A stretch of DNA of 64,000 bases from Candidatus Pacearchaeota archaeon. GTDB lineage: Archaea > Nanobdellota > Nanobdellia > UBA10117 > JAFCGA01. The notes beneath the pieces are model-generated. The model ran no database searches. It worked only from the letters and a program-made list of their open reading frames with translations, and was not told the DNA's origin. Positions 1 to 9,248 of this stretch are shown piece after piece (positions within the stretch are counted from its first letter, which is position 1; every line of letters starts with the position of its first letter). The DNA lies in assembly GCA_017608345.1 (NCBI GenBank), contig JAFCGA010000001.1, positions 33,766-97,765 on the forward strand, written 5' to 3'. The position numbers and the translations under genes were made by a program.

Positions 1-1360
1 CTGCCTCGCCAACTACCAGCGCCTCGCCAACTTTCAGCGAGCTAATAATATCAACATTACCTGATGACAGAGCTTCAGAGCTTCGTTTAATATGGTCAAT
101 ATCATAAGGATTTGTAACCCTAAGAATAATCTGCGTATTGCACTGACTCAAGGCAGTCGTACTCAATTGAACTGGCCGCTGGGATATCAAGCAAATATTC
201 GCGTAGAATTTACGTCCTTCGCGCGCCAAAGTTTCAATAATCTTTCTAGATAGCGCATACTCCGCTCGAGTTCCTTCTGGACAGAAGTTATGCGCCTCTT
301 CAATGATCTCTAAGTACGGCGGACACAAGCCTTGCTTACGGAGATCAAACAGCCGACGGGAGACATAATTCACAATTAGCTGCTTCTTTCGAAGACTTAG
401 CATTTCCCTAAAGTCAATAATAATCATCTTGCCTTGCTGTAACATAGTAGATGTGTTCGGCCAGTCAGCAGAGGCAAATAGCTTCATACTTTGCAGCTCG
501 CCAAGCCAAGCAGTCAGGGCTTCCTTAGTCGTAGTTCCCATACTGCTGTCTGTAATTGCCTGAAATATCTGATCCAAACTAAATGAATTATTCGTCGCCT
601 TGCGCACGTCCCCTATGACTTTTCCCAGCTCGCGAACCTGCACTGGAGACATCTTTGGTAATAAGGCAGCAAACCCTTTCTCATTCATCTTCGACACAGC
701 TAGCTTAACATCACCTGCTTTAATCACCTGAACCTTATCTGGATAATCCTCTGCCAAGCTAACATACTCTCCGTGATTGTCAATTATTATGACCGCTACC
801 CGACCGTGCTCAGCTTTCCGGTTCAGCAATTCTTCTAGTAGTACTGCAGTCGCGTAGGATTTGCCAGCTCCAGAGATAGCAAGGATAGCTAAGTGTTTCT
901 GAATCATCCGAGTTAGATTAAACTTAGCTGGTAGTGTATGCTGTTGAACTTCGCCAAGGTGCAATCCTCGTTCTTGATCCAATCCTAGAAAGCGATTCAG
1001 TACTGCAGTATCTATTTCAGTAACTGTAAAACCCGGCGATGGCGGGAAACTAGGACGAATTAGCATACCGTCTTTAGTGTAAACTCCGAGCGCTTTGGCA
1101 TCAGCGATCGTGTATTCCCATTCCTTAACTGGAAAAGCAGAGAACAAATCCGAGCAGCGATTATATTCTGTGACTGCGCCAGCTGATTCGAAATATTTAT
1201 TGGTTTTATATATGTTCGTTACATTTCCGAGCAATAATCCTTCTTTAGTCTGGATGGAGATAAATTCCCCGCGTTTAATATTCGTGTTAGTAATAACAAA
1301 TGAGAATTCAGATACAGATGGTCCGTTTGGAGTTGTTATTATGGTTCCAATAGCTTGCAT
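1..1360 (-). CDS. herA: HerA-type (DUF87) ATPase/helicase, C-terminal part cut by the window edge
   Basis: The ORF runs off the left edge, so it is absent from the track. My minus-strand translation from the ATG at 1360 reads MQAIGTIITTPNGPSVSEFSFVITN... It has Walker A AILAISGAGKSYATAV, Walker B-like RVAVIIIDNHGEY, plus IIEEAHNFCPEG and ICLISQRP, as in archaeal HerA. Confidence 0.75.
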   Translation of the reverse strand, partial: MQAIGTIITTPNGPSVSEFSFVITNTNIKRGEFISIQTKEGLLLGNVTNIYKTNKYFESAGAVTEYNRCSDLFSAFPVKEWEYTIADAKALGVYTKDGMLIRPSFPPSPGFTVTEIDTAVLNRFLGLDQERGLHLGEVQQHTLPAKFNLTRMIQKHLAILAISGAGKSYATAVLLEELLNRKAEHGRVAVIIIDNHGEYVSLAEDYPDKVQVIKAGDVKLAVSKMNEKGFAALLPKMSPVQVRELGKVIGDVRKATNNSFSLDQIFQAITDSSMGTTTKEALTAWLGELQSMKLFASADWPNTSTMLQQGKMIIIDFREMLSLRKKQLIVNYVSRRLFDLRKQGLCPPYLEIIEEAHNFCPEGTRAEYALSRKIIETLAREGRKFYANICLISQRPVQLSTTALSQCNTQIILRVTNPYDIDHIKRSSEALSSGNVDIISSLKVGEALVVGEA

Positions 1361-1439
1361 GCATGCTCTTTTTTAGCGGAGATATAAATAGCTTTGTTTG
1401 CTTGATTAGCTTTTTAAGATTTTGGTTAGATATTAAAGC

Positions 1440-1742
1440 ATGGAAGCGCCAAATCCGAGCATATCTAAATGGATGCCTGCTTGTGGATTAGAGCAGGACA
1501 TTCGAGGGGAGCTAATTGCGCAATGGATCCGAGATCGCCCGCTGATAGAAAAGTTCTGTAATATGTATTATCTAAATCTCACGATGACTGACTGGACAGA
1601 TGAGAATAGCGATGTTGAGATTGATCCAGTTACTTTTGAGGTTAAGCGAATTACAGAATGGAAAGTAGAGCTGATGTATGTCTTCGATGACGGATTGGGC
1701 GGCTATACTCATCGAGGGATCATAAATTCGCTGGAGGATTGA
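1440..1742 (+). CDS. hypothetical protein (100 aa)
   Basis: ORF in the track that fills the gap between two convergent or divergent genes. No motif recognised. Confidence 0.35.
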   Translation: MEAPNPSISKWMPACGLEQDIRGELIAQWIRDRPLIEKFCNMYYLNLTMTDWTDENSDVEIDPVTFEVKRITEWKVELMYVFDDGLGGYTHRGIINSLED

Positions 1743-1744
1743 CC

Positions 1745-2635
1745 TTAGCGTCTAGATTCTAATTCCTTTTGTATAATCTCAGCAAGATTATTCCTTCCAG
1801 ATTTTCTTAGAGTATTTATATTGACTTGATCGGAGTGGAGCGAATCATCAAATACATTATACTGCGAAAGCTCGTCTAAATCAGTATTTTTAATTGCTTC
1901 TTCGATAACTAATCGTGCTGCTTTTGCGGTTTTAGTTACTACTTCCATTACTCCAATATGGGTTACAGATGGCGCTCCGGGATAATTTGAATGATCCACA
2001 CACATAGCAAGCGCGGCGTAAGGTATGCTCATTTCTTTAGCTAGATGAACCTCTGGAACAAGAGTTTGACCAATAACTTTAGGATTTATGACTGTCTCTC
2101 GGAGTCTAGCTTCGCGGGCAGGAGTTGTGAATGCAGGACCCTGTATGTTAAAATAAGTGCCTTCATGAAAACCACATTGAAGGTTCTTAGAGTCGTGATA
2201 TAATTCCTTTAGTTCTTCGCAGACAGTATCATATGCGCTAGTAAGTATTTTTCGAAGCTCTGGATGAAATGGCTTGTTCATGGACACGTGCAAGAGTAAA
2301 CCTTGTTCTGCGAAAGTTGTTTCACGACGCAAGTCATCCCAATCAACATCATCGACTACAATCAAGTGACCGGGCAATACTTCTCTGGCTAGTCTTCCAG
2401 CAGCAGAAATAGAATAAATTGCGCGCACGCCTAGCATTTTTGCAGCTTGAATATTTGCGCGGTAATTTACTAAATGCGGAGGTTCTAAGTTCTGATGCCG
2501 CGCGATTAAGTAAACTTCTTTTCCTCCGATCTCTGCAGTGCTAACACTTGCGTATCCATAATCTGTTTTTATTTGTTCCGGCTTGGTTTTATCATCAGAA
2601 AAGCCAGTTCCGCCAATTATAGCTATATTATCCAT
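1745..2635 (-). CDS. purine nucleoside / 5'-methylthioadenosine phosphorylase family protein
   Basis: N-terminus MDNIAIIGGTGFS, then ...YLIARHQ...RANIQAAKMLGVRAIYSISAAG... and an overall 296-aa layout typical of the MTAP/PNP family. Confidence 0.8.
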   Translation of the reverse strand: MDNIAIIGGTGFSDDKTKPEQIKTDYGYASVSTAEIGGKEVYLIARHQNLEPPHLVNYRANIQAAKMLGVRAIYSISAAGRLAREVLPGHLIVVDDVDWDDLRRETTFAEQGLLLHVSMNKPFHPELRKILTSAYDTVCEELKELYHDSKNLQCGFHEGTYFNIQGPAFTTPAREARLRETVINPKVIGQTLVPEVHLAKEMSIPYAALAMCVDHSNYPGAPSVTHIGVMEVVTKTAKAARLVIEEAIKNTDLDELSQYNVFDDSLHSDQVNINTLRKSGRNNLAEIIQKELESRR

Positions 2636-2734
2636 ATATAACTCCAGAGGTAGACCACATCGAGCATAAAAATCTTTATCTGCTCTTCAGGACAGTATCG
2701 TAAGAAATATAAAGCCTTCTCTTAATCAATCCGT

Positions 2735-3373
2735 ATGCAAGCTAAAAAAGGCGAGTTCATAGAAATAGACTATATCGCGAAGATTAAATCTACTGGAAAG
2801 ATTTTCGATCTAACTCTCGCAGATGCGGCTAAGAAAGAAGGCGTATTTCAGCAAAGCCAGACTTATGAGCCACTAATTATCTGTGTTGGAGAGAAGCACG
2901 TAATTAAGGGCTTGGACGAAGTTATTGAAGGAAAGGAGATCGGAAAAGAATTTGAAACAGATGTTCCTCCAGAGAAAGCCTTCGGAAAGCGCAATGCTAA
3001 ATTAATCCAACTAGTTTCTCAAAGAATGTTCAAGAAGCAGAAAATGAATCCTTTTCCGGGTCTGCAGCTGAACATCGATGGAAACATCGCAACTGTTCGC
3101 AGCGTATCTGGTGGAAGAGTTATTATAGATTTTAACAACCCCCTCGCCGGGCAAGTAATACATTACTGGGTTAAGATCAACCGCACAGTTACAGATAATA
3201 AAAAGAAATTGCAAGCGCTCGCGTACAGCTTACTCGCGGAAAGGAGCGCAAGAGTCGAAATTAAAGACAAGACTGCAACTGTTACTCTAAAAAATAAGGA
3301 TAAAGACCTAAGAAAGAATTTCTCAGAGACTGCTAAGAAGCTAGTTCCTGGAATTGAGATCAAAATAATCTAA
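2735..3373 (+). CDS. FKBP-type peptidyl-prolyl cis-trans isomerase (archaeal long type with IF insert)
   Basis: GEFIEIDYIAKIKSTGKIFDLT, VIKGLDEVIEGKEIGKE, PPEKAFGKR and IIDFNNPLAGQVIHYWVKI match archaeal FKBP/SlyD-like PPIases. Confidence 0.8.
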   Translation: MQAKKGEFIEIDYIAKIKSTGKIFDLTLADAAKKEGVFQQSQTYEPLIICVGEKHVIKGLDEVIEGKEIGKEFETDVPPEKAFGKRNAKLIQLVSQRMFKKQKMNPFPGLQLNIDGNIATVRSVSGGRVIIDFNNPLAGQVIHYWVKINRTVTDNKKKLQALAYSLLAERSARVEIKDKTATVTLKNKDKDLRKNFSETAKKLVPGIEIKII

Positions 3374-3403
3374 TTATTTGGTCCGAGTATAAGTTTTTTT
3401 GAT

Positions 3404-3567
3404 GATCACTTATTTGTATTTACTCCGTTGTGTTATTTCTGAAGCGGAGCCGAACTTGTTCGGACCAGAAGCGTTAGCTTCTGGGCTTCAGATAGAATCT
3501 TCTTTGGGGCGCGGCGGGAACTTTCTTCTTAAGAAAGGGTCCGCTTTGTATAAACTATCCAGTGATC
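3404..3567. repeat. free-standing copy of the tRNA-intron-like structured element (three-way junction plus Y/R hairpin), bounded by the inverted 7-mers GATCACT/AGTGATC
   Basis: 3438-3492 folds as TCTGAAGC[CCGAAC-TTG-TTCGG][CCAGAAGC-GTTA-GCTTCTGG]GCTTCAGA. The reverse complement of 3495-3544 (GCGGACCCTTTCTTAAGAAGAAAGTTCCCGCCGCGCCCCAAAGAAGATTC) aligns with the tRNA-Pro T-loop insert, including an identical GTTCCCGCCGC. Confidence 0.6.
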
Positions 3568-3686
3568 CTTTACTGTTCTCTCAAACCGCGCAAAGTTTAT
3601 AAAAAATTGAACGTACTATTAGCTATATTAGAGAGGTAACACAGTGAGGGTTCTGTAATTCGACGAGCCCTAGCTTAATATGAAAA

Positions 3687-4880
3687 ATGGATGATCAATC
3701 TTTCGGTACGGGATTCGAAACTATAGCTGACCCTGCAGATGATATTTTTTCTTCGCCCCCACCACAACAACAGCCACAACCGCAGCCAGTTTATCAAGCA
3801 GCTCCTATGCAGGCAGCTCCAATATCTGTTCGGGAACCTGGTAATTCTGAGTTAGAAGAAATACTTGCTAAAAAGAAAGCTAGAATTAAGGTAATCGGAG
3901 CAGGTGGCGCAGGTAATCACACTATTTCGAGAATATCTGAAGTGGGCGTGGTCGGCGCTGAAACTGTAGCAATTAACACTGACGCTCAGGATCTTTTGAG
4001 TAATGCTGCAGATAAGAAAATGCTAATCGGCAAAGAACTTACCGCAGGTCTTGGTGCAGGTTCAAATCCTCAAGTCGGTAAGGAAGCTGCTAAAGAATCT
4101 GAAAATGATATTAAAAATGTATTAAAAGAAGCACACATGGTTTTCCTAACTTGTGGGCTTGGAGGCGGAACCGGAACAGGTGCGCTTCCAGTTATCGCAG
4201 CAGTAGCTAAAAAACTAGGGATTCTGACTGTTGCCGTAGTTACACTTCCATTCACAATGGAAGGTCAGCTGAGACACGAAAACGCAATGGTCGGCCTTGA
4301 GGAACTCGAAGGACTTGTCGATACGTTAATAGTTATACCAAATGATAAGCTAATTGAATTAGCTCCAGATCTTCCCCTACATACTGCATTCAAAGTTGCG
4401 GATGAGATTCTAACCAATGCAGTTAAAGGAATTGCAGAGCTGATCACAAAGCCAGGTCTTATTAATTTAGATTTTGCAGATATTAGAGCAGTTATGTCTT
4501 CTGGCGGAATTGCAATGATTGGTGTCGGAGAGAGCGATACTGAGAATCGTGCAATTGAGTGCGTTGAGAAAGCTATTTCTAACCCGTTGCTGGATATTGA
4601 TATTTCTGGAGCAAATGGCGCGTTGATTAATGTTGCTGGCGGTCCGTCTATGACTTTAGAGGAAGCTCGACAAGTAGTAGAGACTGTGACAGGTAAGCTA
4701 GACGATTCAGCTAAAATTATCTGGGGAGCTCAGGTGCAGCCGGACTTGCAGAATACTATCCGAGTCATGCTAGTAATTGTGGGTGTTAAATCACCGCAAA
4801 TCTTCGGACCTAAGCGGACGTTCTCTCAAAAGAGAAAAACAGAACTAGCTGACGATTTAGGGATTAAATTCGTTGACTGA
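3687..4880 (+). CDS. ftsZ: cell division GTPase FtsZ with a Q/P-rich N-terminal extension
   Basis: [10 protein letters not shown] and the tubulin signature [13 protein letters not shown]. The C-terminal domain is typical of FtsZ. Confidence 0.95.
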   Translation: MDDQSFGTGFETIADPADDIFSSPPPQQQPQPQPVYQAAPMQAAPISVREPGNSELEEILAKKKARIKVIGAGGAGNHTISRISEVGVVGAETVAINTDAQDLLSNAADKKMLIGKELTAGLGAGSNPQVGKEAAKESENDIKNVLKEAHMVFLTCGLGGGTGTGALPVIAAVAKKLGILTVAVVTLPFTMEGQLRHENAMVGLEELEGLVDTLIVIPNDKLIELAPDLPLHTAFKVADEILTNAVKGIAELITKPGLINLDFADIRAVMSSGGIAMIGVGESDTENRAIECVEKAISNPLLDIDISGANGALINVAGGPSMTLEEARQVVETVTGKLDDSAKIIWGAQVQPDLQNTIRVMLVIVGVKSPQIFGPKRTFSQKRKTELADDLGIKFVD

Positions 4881-4900
4881 CCAACCCTATTTCTTTGCCA

Positions 4901-5062
4901 TTTTCTTTCTTTTGCAAAACCAGAGCGGAATGAAATTCCGCTTGGCCAACCGGAACTAGTTCCGGTCTGGAGAAAGAATTAGGCGTCCAAAGAAAGAAAA
5001 GCATATTTCTCCGCGACTGCGTCGCGTCAATAATAATCGCTCACTCATCAGTTCGCTCTAGC
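4901..5062. repeat. free-standing intron-like structured element between convergent genes
   Basis: Y-tract 4901-4914 (TTTTCTTTCTTTTG) pairs with R-tract 4988-5001 (CAAAGAAAGAAAAG) around the twin hairpin 4920-4970. That hairpin is about 47/50 identical to the reverse complement of 57276-57325, which lies inside the tRNA-Ala(GGC) D-loop insert. 5036-5062 (CGCTCACTCATCAGTTCGCTC) matches the sense strand of the 26903-26925 element. Confidence 0.65.
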
Positions 5063-5095
5063 GAATCGGGGCGATTCGCGCTTAGAGTGGTTGAG

Positions 5096-5473
5096 TTAGT
5101 TATGTTTTTTTACTCGCAGTTTCCTACTCTTTTTTTGGCTAAGCCAGGAGAACTGTTTTAATAGATTATTTGTAATTTTGCATAGGTTTTGTGGGTCGCT
5201 AGTAATTACGTTTATTTTTGGGAAGTTATCATCACAAGTTGTTATTTCAAGTGCTGCTTCTATTCCGTGTAAGCTTATGAAGTATTGTTTGTGACTAGCG
5301 GAGTATGCATTTACATTTTGAGAGCCTATTTGGTGGGCATTTCTAGATAAAAAGGCATATAACTCAGCGCCTTCGTAATCTTCACAACGTATACCGAACA
5401 GAAGTGATAGTTGATGCATTGGTTTTGTATGACCCCCTAATGTTTTTGAGTAGTATGTTTTCATATAATTCAC
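5096..5473 (-). CDS. hypothetical protein (125 aa), last gene of the NurA operon
   Basis: ORF in the track, on the same strand as and 58 nt downstream of the NurA-like gene. No motif recognised. Confidence 0.4.
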   Translation of the reverse strand: MNYMKTYYSKTLGGHTKPMHQLSLLFGIRCEDYEGAELYAFLSRNAHQIGSQNVNAYSASHKQYFISLHGIEAALEITTCDDNFPKINVITSDPQNLCKITNNLLKQFSWLSQKKSRKLRVKKHN

Positions 5474-5531
5474 TCAGAAAGGGGTCTTAAAAACTTTACT
5501 ATTTATAGTTACGCTATGTATAGCGTTTTTA

Positions 5532-6614
5532 TCAGAAGGGACGTATCTCTCTTCTCAGCTCAAATAAACTTGGATTTCTCCCAAGTTTTTCATTCAAAGC
5601 AGATTTAAAGACCATAATTTCCTGTTCTCGCAACTTGGCTCGGCCGTCAGCTTCTATTAGAACTGAGGGATAGGAATAACTGCGATTCTGTCGGGAGATC
5701 TCAAAGATTGTCGAGGCAACTTGCTCGGGGTCGCCGATGAAGTCTAGGCGCATAGGTCGGTCGTATTCAACTGCTTTGATGTACATAGCTCTCACAGCTT
5801 CGCTCCACTTGCCGATCTCGCGCATGACTGGTAGTTCGGCTCGCGAGGAGGAGTACTCGAAGTCTTCTGTCCGCCAGCCAGCTTGCAAGAAGTAGAAAAG
5901 AAAGAGCGTATCTGTTGTGCGATCCAATACTGGCAAGAGCTCACTGAGTTCTTTTTTTATCTCCTCTGGAAGGGCAGCTTCAGAAAATCTCTGCTTTAGC
6001 AAGCTGCAGTACTTTGTTCCTTTGCAGTCTTCAATTGCGCCGATCAGCAGGATATTGTTCTTTGTGCAATATTCGTAGAGCTCAATATATTGGTTAATAA
6101 CTTTCTCGTAGAGCGGCTGAACTTTAGAATCCTTGTCAGGCACGCTAGAAGGATGAAGTACAATCGAGCCGTCGGCGACTAGCACATCTGGCTGCAATTC
6201 TTTAGCAGCTTTTAGCTGAGTTGCTAATTCCATTTCAACGCGTCGTAAGCTAGCGAGTGTAGAAAACTCTGCGGAATTGAATTCAGATCCAATTATAATT
6301 GGTTCTGGCTGAGGTCGGCGGGAAGGGAAATAATCTGTCTTGACTAATTTATTTTGTTTATAGTGAAAGCAAGCTGCTACAGCTCTTCGAAGAATTAGAC
6401 CCATTCCGTGATATTCTTTAGCTAGAAATCCGCCATCTACTCCGCAGATCTTATTGTTGAGTTCGATTGGCTTGATTTGCTTTGCTAAGCTTGGAAAAAG
6501 TTTTAGAGAATCAACTTTTTTGAGTAGTTTTGCTAGCTCGGAGCGGTTTTTAGCTAAGTCATTGATGTGTTGAGCTATCTGATTAATGGTGTCTTCCATC
6601 GAATATTGGGTCAA
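5532..6614 (-). CDS. nurA: NurA-domain 5'-3' nuclease
   Basis: KICGVDGGFLAKE (N-terminal catalytic Asp motif), VLVADGSIVLHPS, LDRTTDTLFLFYFLQAGWRTEDF and SYPSVLIEADGRAKL follow the NurA motif order. Confidence 0.7.
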   Translation of the reverse strand: MTQYSMEDTINQIAQHINDLAKNRSELAKLLKKVDSLKLFPSLAKQIKPIELNNKICGVDGGFLAKEYHGMGLILRRAVAACFHYKQNKLVKTDYFPSRRPQPEPIIIGSEFNSAEFSTLASLRRVEMELATQLKAAKELQPDVLVADGSIVLHPSSVPDKDSKVQPLYEKVINQYIELYEYCTKNNILLIGAIEDCKGTKYCSLLKQRFSEAALPEEIKKELSELLPVLDRTTDTLFLFYFLQAGWRTEDFEYSSSRAELPVMREIGKWSEAVRAMYIKAVEYDRPMRLDFIGDPEQVASTIFEISRQNRSYSYPSVLIEADGRAKLREQEIMVFKSALNEKLGRNPSLFELRREIRPF

Positions 6615-7209
6615 TTAAGAATTCTAATTCTCTAATAGTCTCACTGTTTTCTCTTAGGCCTTTTATTCCATGTTCGTGCATTGTTTGAGCCAATTTAGCT
6701 TTATTTTTTACCCAGAGCTTCGATATATATATTGCTGCTGAGGCTCGATTAAGCCAATCATATCGGTTTTCCTCGTGCTGATCTGATAATTCGCATAGTT
6801 GTAAGAATTCATCATTGACTGTGGCTTTTGTAGCGTAGAAGTCTAATTTTAAGTTATGTCTATCTCCGGTCTCGAGTACGCTGATATCTCCTTTAAGATA
6901 CACGCTAGAGACCCCCATTTGTGTATAGAATCCGACATTAGCCGCGCCTACCATCGATGCTAGATAGATTGTATGCTGTAGTGGCAGTCTGAATCCGTTC
7001 TGTACTTCTTGTGCGCTCTTAACTGCCGCCACCCATCGGGAATTTATTTCAGCGATGTGTCTTGCGCTCTCAACAGCGTGGCAAGCAGGAATAAGATCTT
7101 GTGTTACTACATCTATTAGTCCTCTTTCAAAAGTATAATCCTGTACAACGCGTCGTTCATATTCTAACCCCATCGCGTCTGCGATGATAACCTTAGATCC
7201 GATTTCCAT
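6583..7209 (-). CDS. hypothetical protein (208 aa), overlaps the NurA start by 32 nt
   Basis: ORF in the track. The overlap with the downstream gene suggests an operon. No motif recognised. Confidence 0.45.
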   Translation of the reverse strand: MEIGSKVIIADAMGLEYERRVVQDYTFERGLIDVVTQDLIPACHAVESARHIAEINSRWVAAVKSAQEVQNGFRLPLQHTIYLASMVGAANVGFYTQMGVSSVYLKGDISVLETGDRHNLKLDFYATKATVNDEFLQLCELSDQHEENRYDWLNRASAAIYISKLWVKNKAKLAQTMHEHGIKGLRENSETIRELEFLIDPIFDGRHH

Positions 7210-7400
7210 AAGTCTAAGCTTCGGATAGCATATTTATATCTTTATTCGCTCAAAGAAACATTCGCAAGCTTTTTAAGACCATATAATAATTGATATTTGG
7301 TGATCAAATGGGTACTGAAGGCGATTATCGGATGTGTCAGTAATTCTTCCCAGCGCGAGCTTTTCACTAGTTTTAAATATGTCAATAGCGAGGTGATACT

Positions 7401-9248
7401 ATGAAGAAATTCTATATCACCACGACAATTCCATATACTAATGATTCTCCGCATATTGGTTTTGCTTTAGAGATTATTCAGGCAGATGTGCTAGCTAGAT
7501 GGCACCGTCAGAAAGGAGAGGATGTTTTCTTCTTGACTGGAACTGATGAGCATGGTACTAAAAATTACCAAACTGCGAGAAAGCAGGGGTTAACACCTAA
7601 GCAGTTTGTTGATAGGATAGCTGCTCAATTCAGAGAATTAACAAAAGTTCTTAACATTTCAAATAACTATTTCATCCGAACTACTGATAAAAAAATCCAT
7701 TGGCCTGGCGTTACTAAGATGTGGAAGGCGCTGTACAAAAGCGGCGATATTCATAAAAAGGAGTATACTGGTTCGTATTGTTCTGGCTGTGAGAGATTTA
7801 TAACTCGGAAGGAGCTTGTGAATGGAAAGTGTCCTAATCACCCAACTCGGGAAATTGAATATATTTCAGAAACGAATTATTTCTTTAAGTTGTCGAAGTA
7901 CTCTGATAAGATAAGAAACTTAATCAAATCGGGTAAATACAATGTTCAGCCACAAATATGGCGTAATGGTTTCTTAGCTTTAATCAAGGACGGCTTGCAG
8001 GACGTTAGCTTCTCAAGAGATAAAAAACATCTACCCTGGGGGATTCCAGTGCCAAACGATCCAGAGCAAGTTATGTATGTCTGGTGTGATGCTCTTACGA
8101 ATTACTTAACTGGAATCGGATATCCCAATAAGAAATATACGAAATATTGGCCTGCAGACATTCACGTGGGTGGAAAAGATATGCTTAGGTTTCACGCCGG
8201 TATTTGGCCAGGGATGCTCCTGTCGGCAGGCTTTCCGCTACCAAAGAACCTCTTTATTCATGGGTTTATAACAGCAGAAGGTCAGAAGATGTCAAAGTCA
8301 GTCGGAAATATCGTAAATCCGTTTGAAGAGGTGAAGAAGTTCAGTGCAGATGCAATTAGATATTATTTGATAAGAGAAATTCCGAGCAACAGCGATGGAG
8401 ATTATTCAAAGAAAGCTGTTGTTGAAAGATACAACAATGAACTGGCGAATGATCTCGGCAACCTTGTCTCAAGAGGTTTATCACTAATTGAAAAAGGCGC
8501 TGATGGGAAAGTTCCGAAAGGAAAGATAGATTCTAAACTAGATAAGCTAGCTAAGAGCGTTCAGAAGAAATCTGAAGCAGCGTTAAGCAAGTTTGAACTT
8601 CATCGAGCAATCGAATCGGTTTGGGAATTAATTAAGGCGACCAATAAATATATTCAAGATAATAAACCCTGGGAAAAGCCAAAGAATCTTAATGATATTT
8701 TGTTTAACATTGCTAACTCCCTAAGAATTATTTGCGCTTTAGTTTATCCGTTCATCCCATCTTCAGCAGAAGAAATTGCAAAACAAATCGGAATAAAGAA
8801 AGTTCCAAAATTTGCAGAACTAAAGAAGCCGGTTAAAGTAGGAACAAAAGTCAAGAAAGGAGAAATTTTATTCAAGAAGTTAGAAGTTAAGAAAGAAGAA
8901 ACTAAAAATAAGTTAAAGGTAAAACCAATGATAAATTTCAAAGAGTTTGAAAAGCTAGATCTACGAGTTGGGAAAATTGTCCATGCAGAAGAAGTTCCGA
9001 AGTCAAAAAAGCTAATCAAAATGAAAGTTGATTTTGGTGCAGAAACTAAGCAAGTCGTAGCGGGAATAAAGCAATACTATAAACCAAAAGATCTTAAGGG
9101 AAAGCAAGCAGTTTTTGTTGTAAATCTTGAGCCAGCTAAGATTATGGGCTTGACTTCTGAGGCGATGATTCTTGCTGCAAGTGATAAAAATAAAGTTTCT
9201 ATACTAAGTCCAGATAAGAAAATTAAGACCGGTTCAGGGATTAGCTAA
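7401..9248 (+). CDS. metG: methionyl-tRNA synthetase with a C-terminal Trbp111/EMAPII-like tRNA-binding domain
   Basis: PYTNDSPHIGFALE (HIGH), a CSGCERF...CPNH zinc knuckle, KMSKSVGN, and the C-terminal FEKLDLRVGKIVHAEEVPKSKKLIKMKVDFG. Confidence 0.95.
   Translation: MKKFYITTTIPYTNDSPHIGFALEIIQADVLARWHRQKGEDVFFLTGTDEHGTKNYQTARKQGLTPKQFVDRIAAQFRELTKVLNISNNYFIRTTDKKIHWPGVTKMWKALYKSGDIHKKEYTGSYCSGCERFITRKELVNGKCPNHPTREIEYISETNYFFKLSKYSDKIRNLIKSGKYNVQPQIWRNGFLALIKDGLQDVSFSRDKKHLPWGIPVPNDPEQVMYVWCDALTNYLTGIGYPNKKYTKYWPADIHVGGKDMLRFHAGIWPGMLLSAGFPLPKNLFIHGFITAEGQKMSKSVGNIVNPFEEVKKFSADAIRYYLIREIPSNSDGDYSKKAVVERYNNELANDLGNLVSRGLSLIEKGADGKVPKGKIDSKLDKLAKSVQKKSEAALSKFELHRAIESVWELIKATNKYIQDNKPWEKPKNLNDILFNIANSLRIICALVYPFIPSSAEEIAKQIGIKKVPKFAELKKPVKVGTKVKKGEILFKKLEVKKEETKNKLKVKPMINFKEFEKLDLRVGKIVHAEEVPKSKKLIKMKVDFGAETKQVVAGIKQYYKPKDLKGKQAVFVVNLEPAKIMGLTSEAMILAASDKNKVSILSPDKKIKTGSGIS

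Noticed and set aside
1095-1376. Track ORF (93 aa, + strand).
   Set aside because: It lies entirely antisense to the well-supported HerA reading frame and has junk-like composition.
4070-4447. Antisense ORFs inside conserved genes. Examples are ftsZ here, and also 3011-3363, 7659-7841, 8744-9019, 10692-11049, 13395-14282, 19678-20098, 20663-20986, 28306-29650, 29984-30265, 32166-32522, 32998-33777, 35537-36241, 39936-40616, 41938-43150, 51760-52704, 53876-54243, 62633-62908 and 63233-63724.
   Set aside because: Each is nested in or antisense to a gene with strong homology-type evidence. They are typical shadow ORFs.
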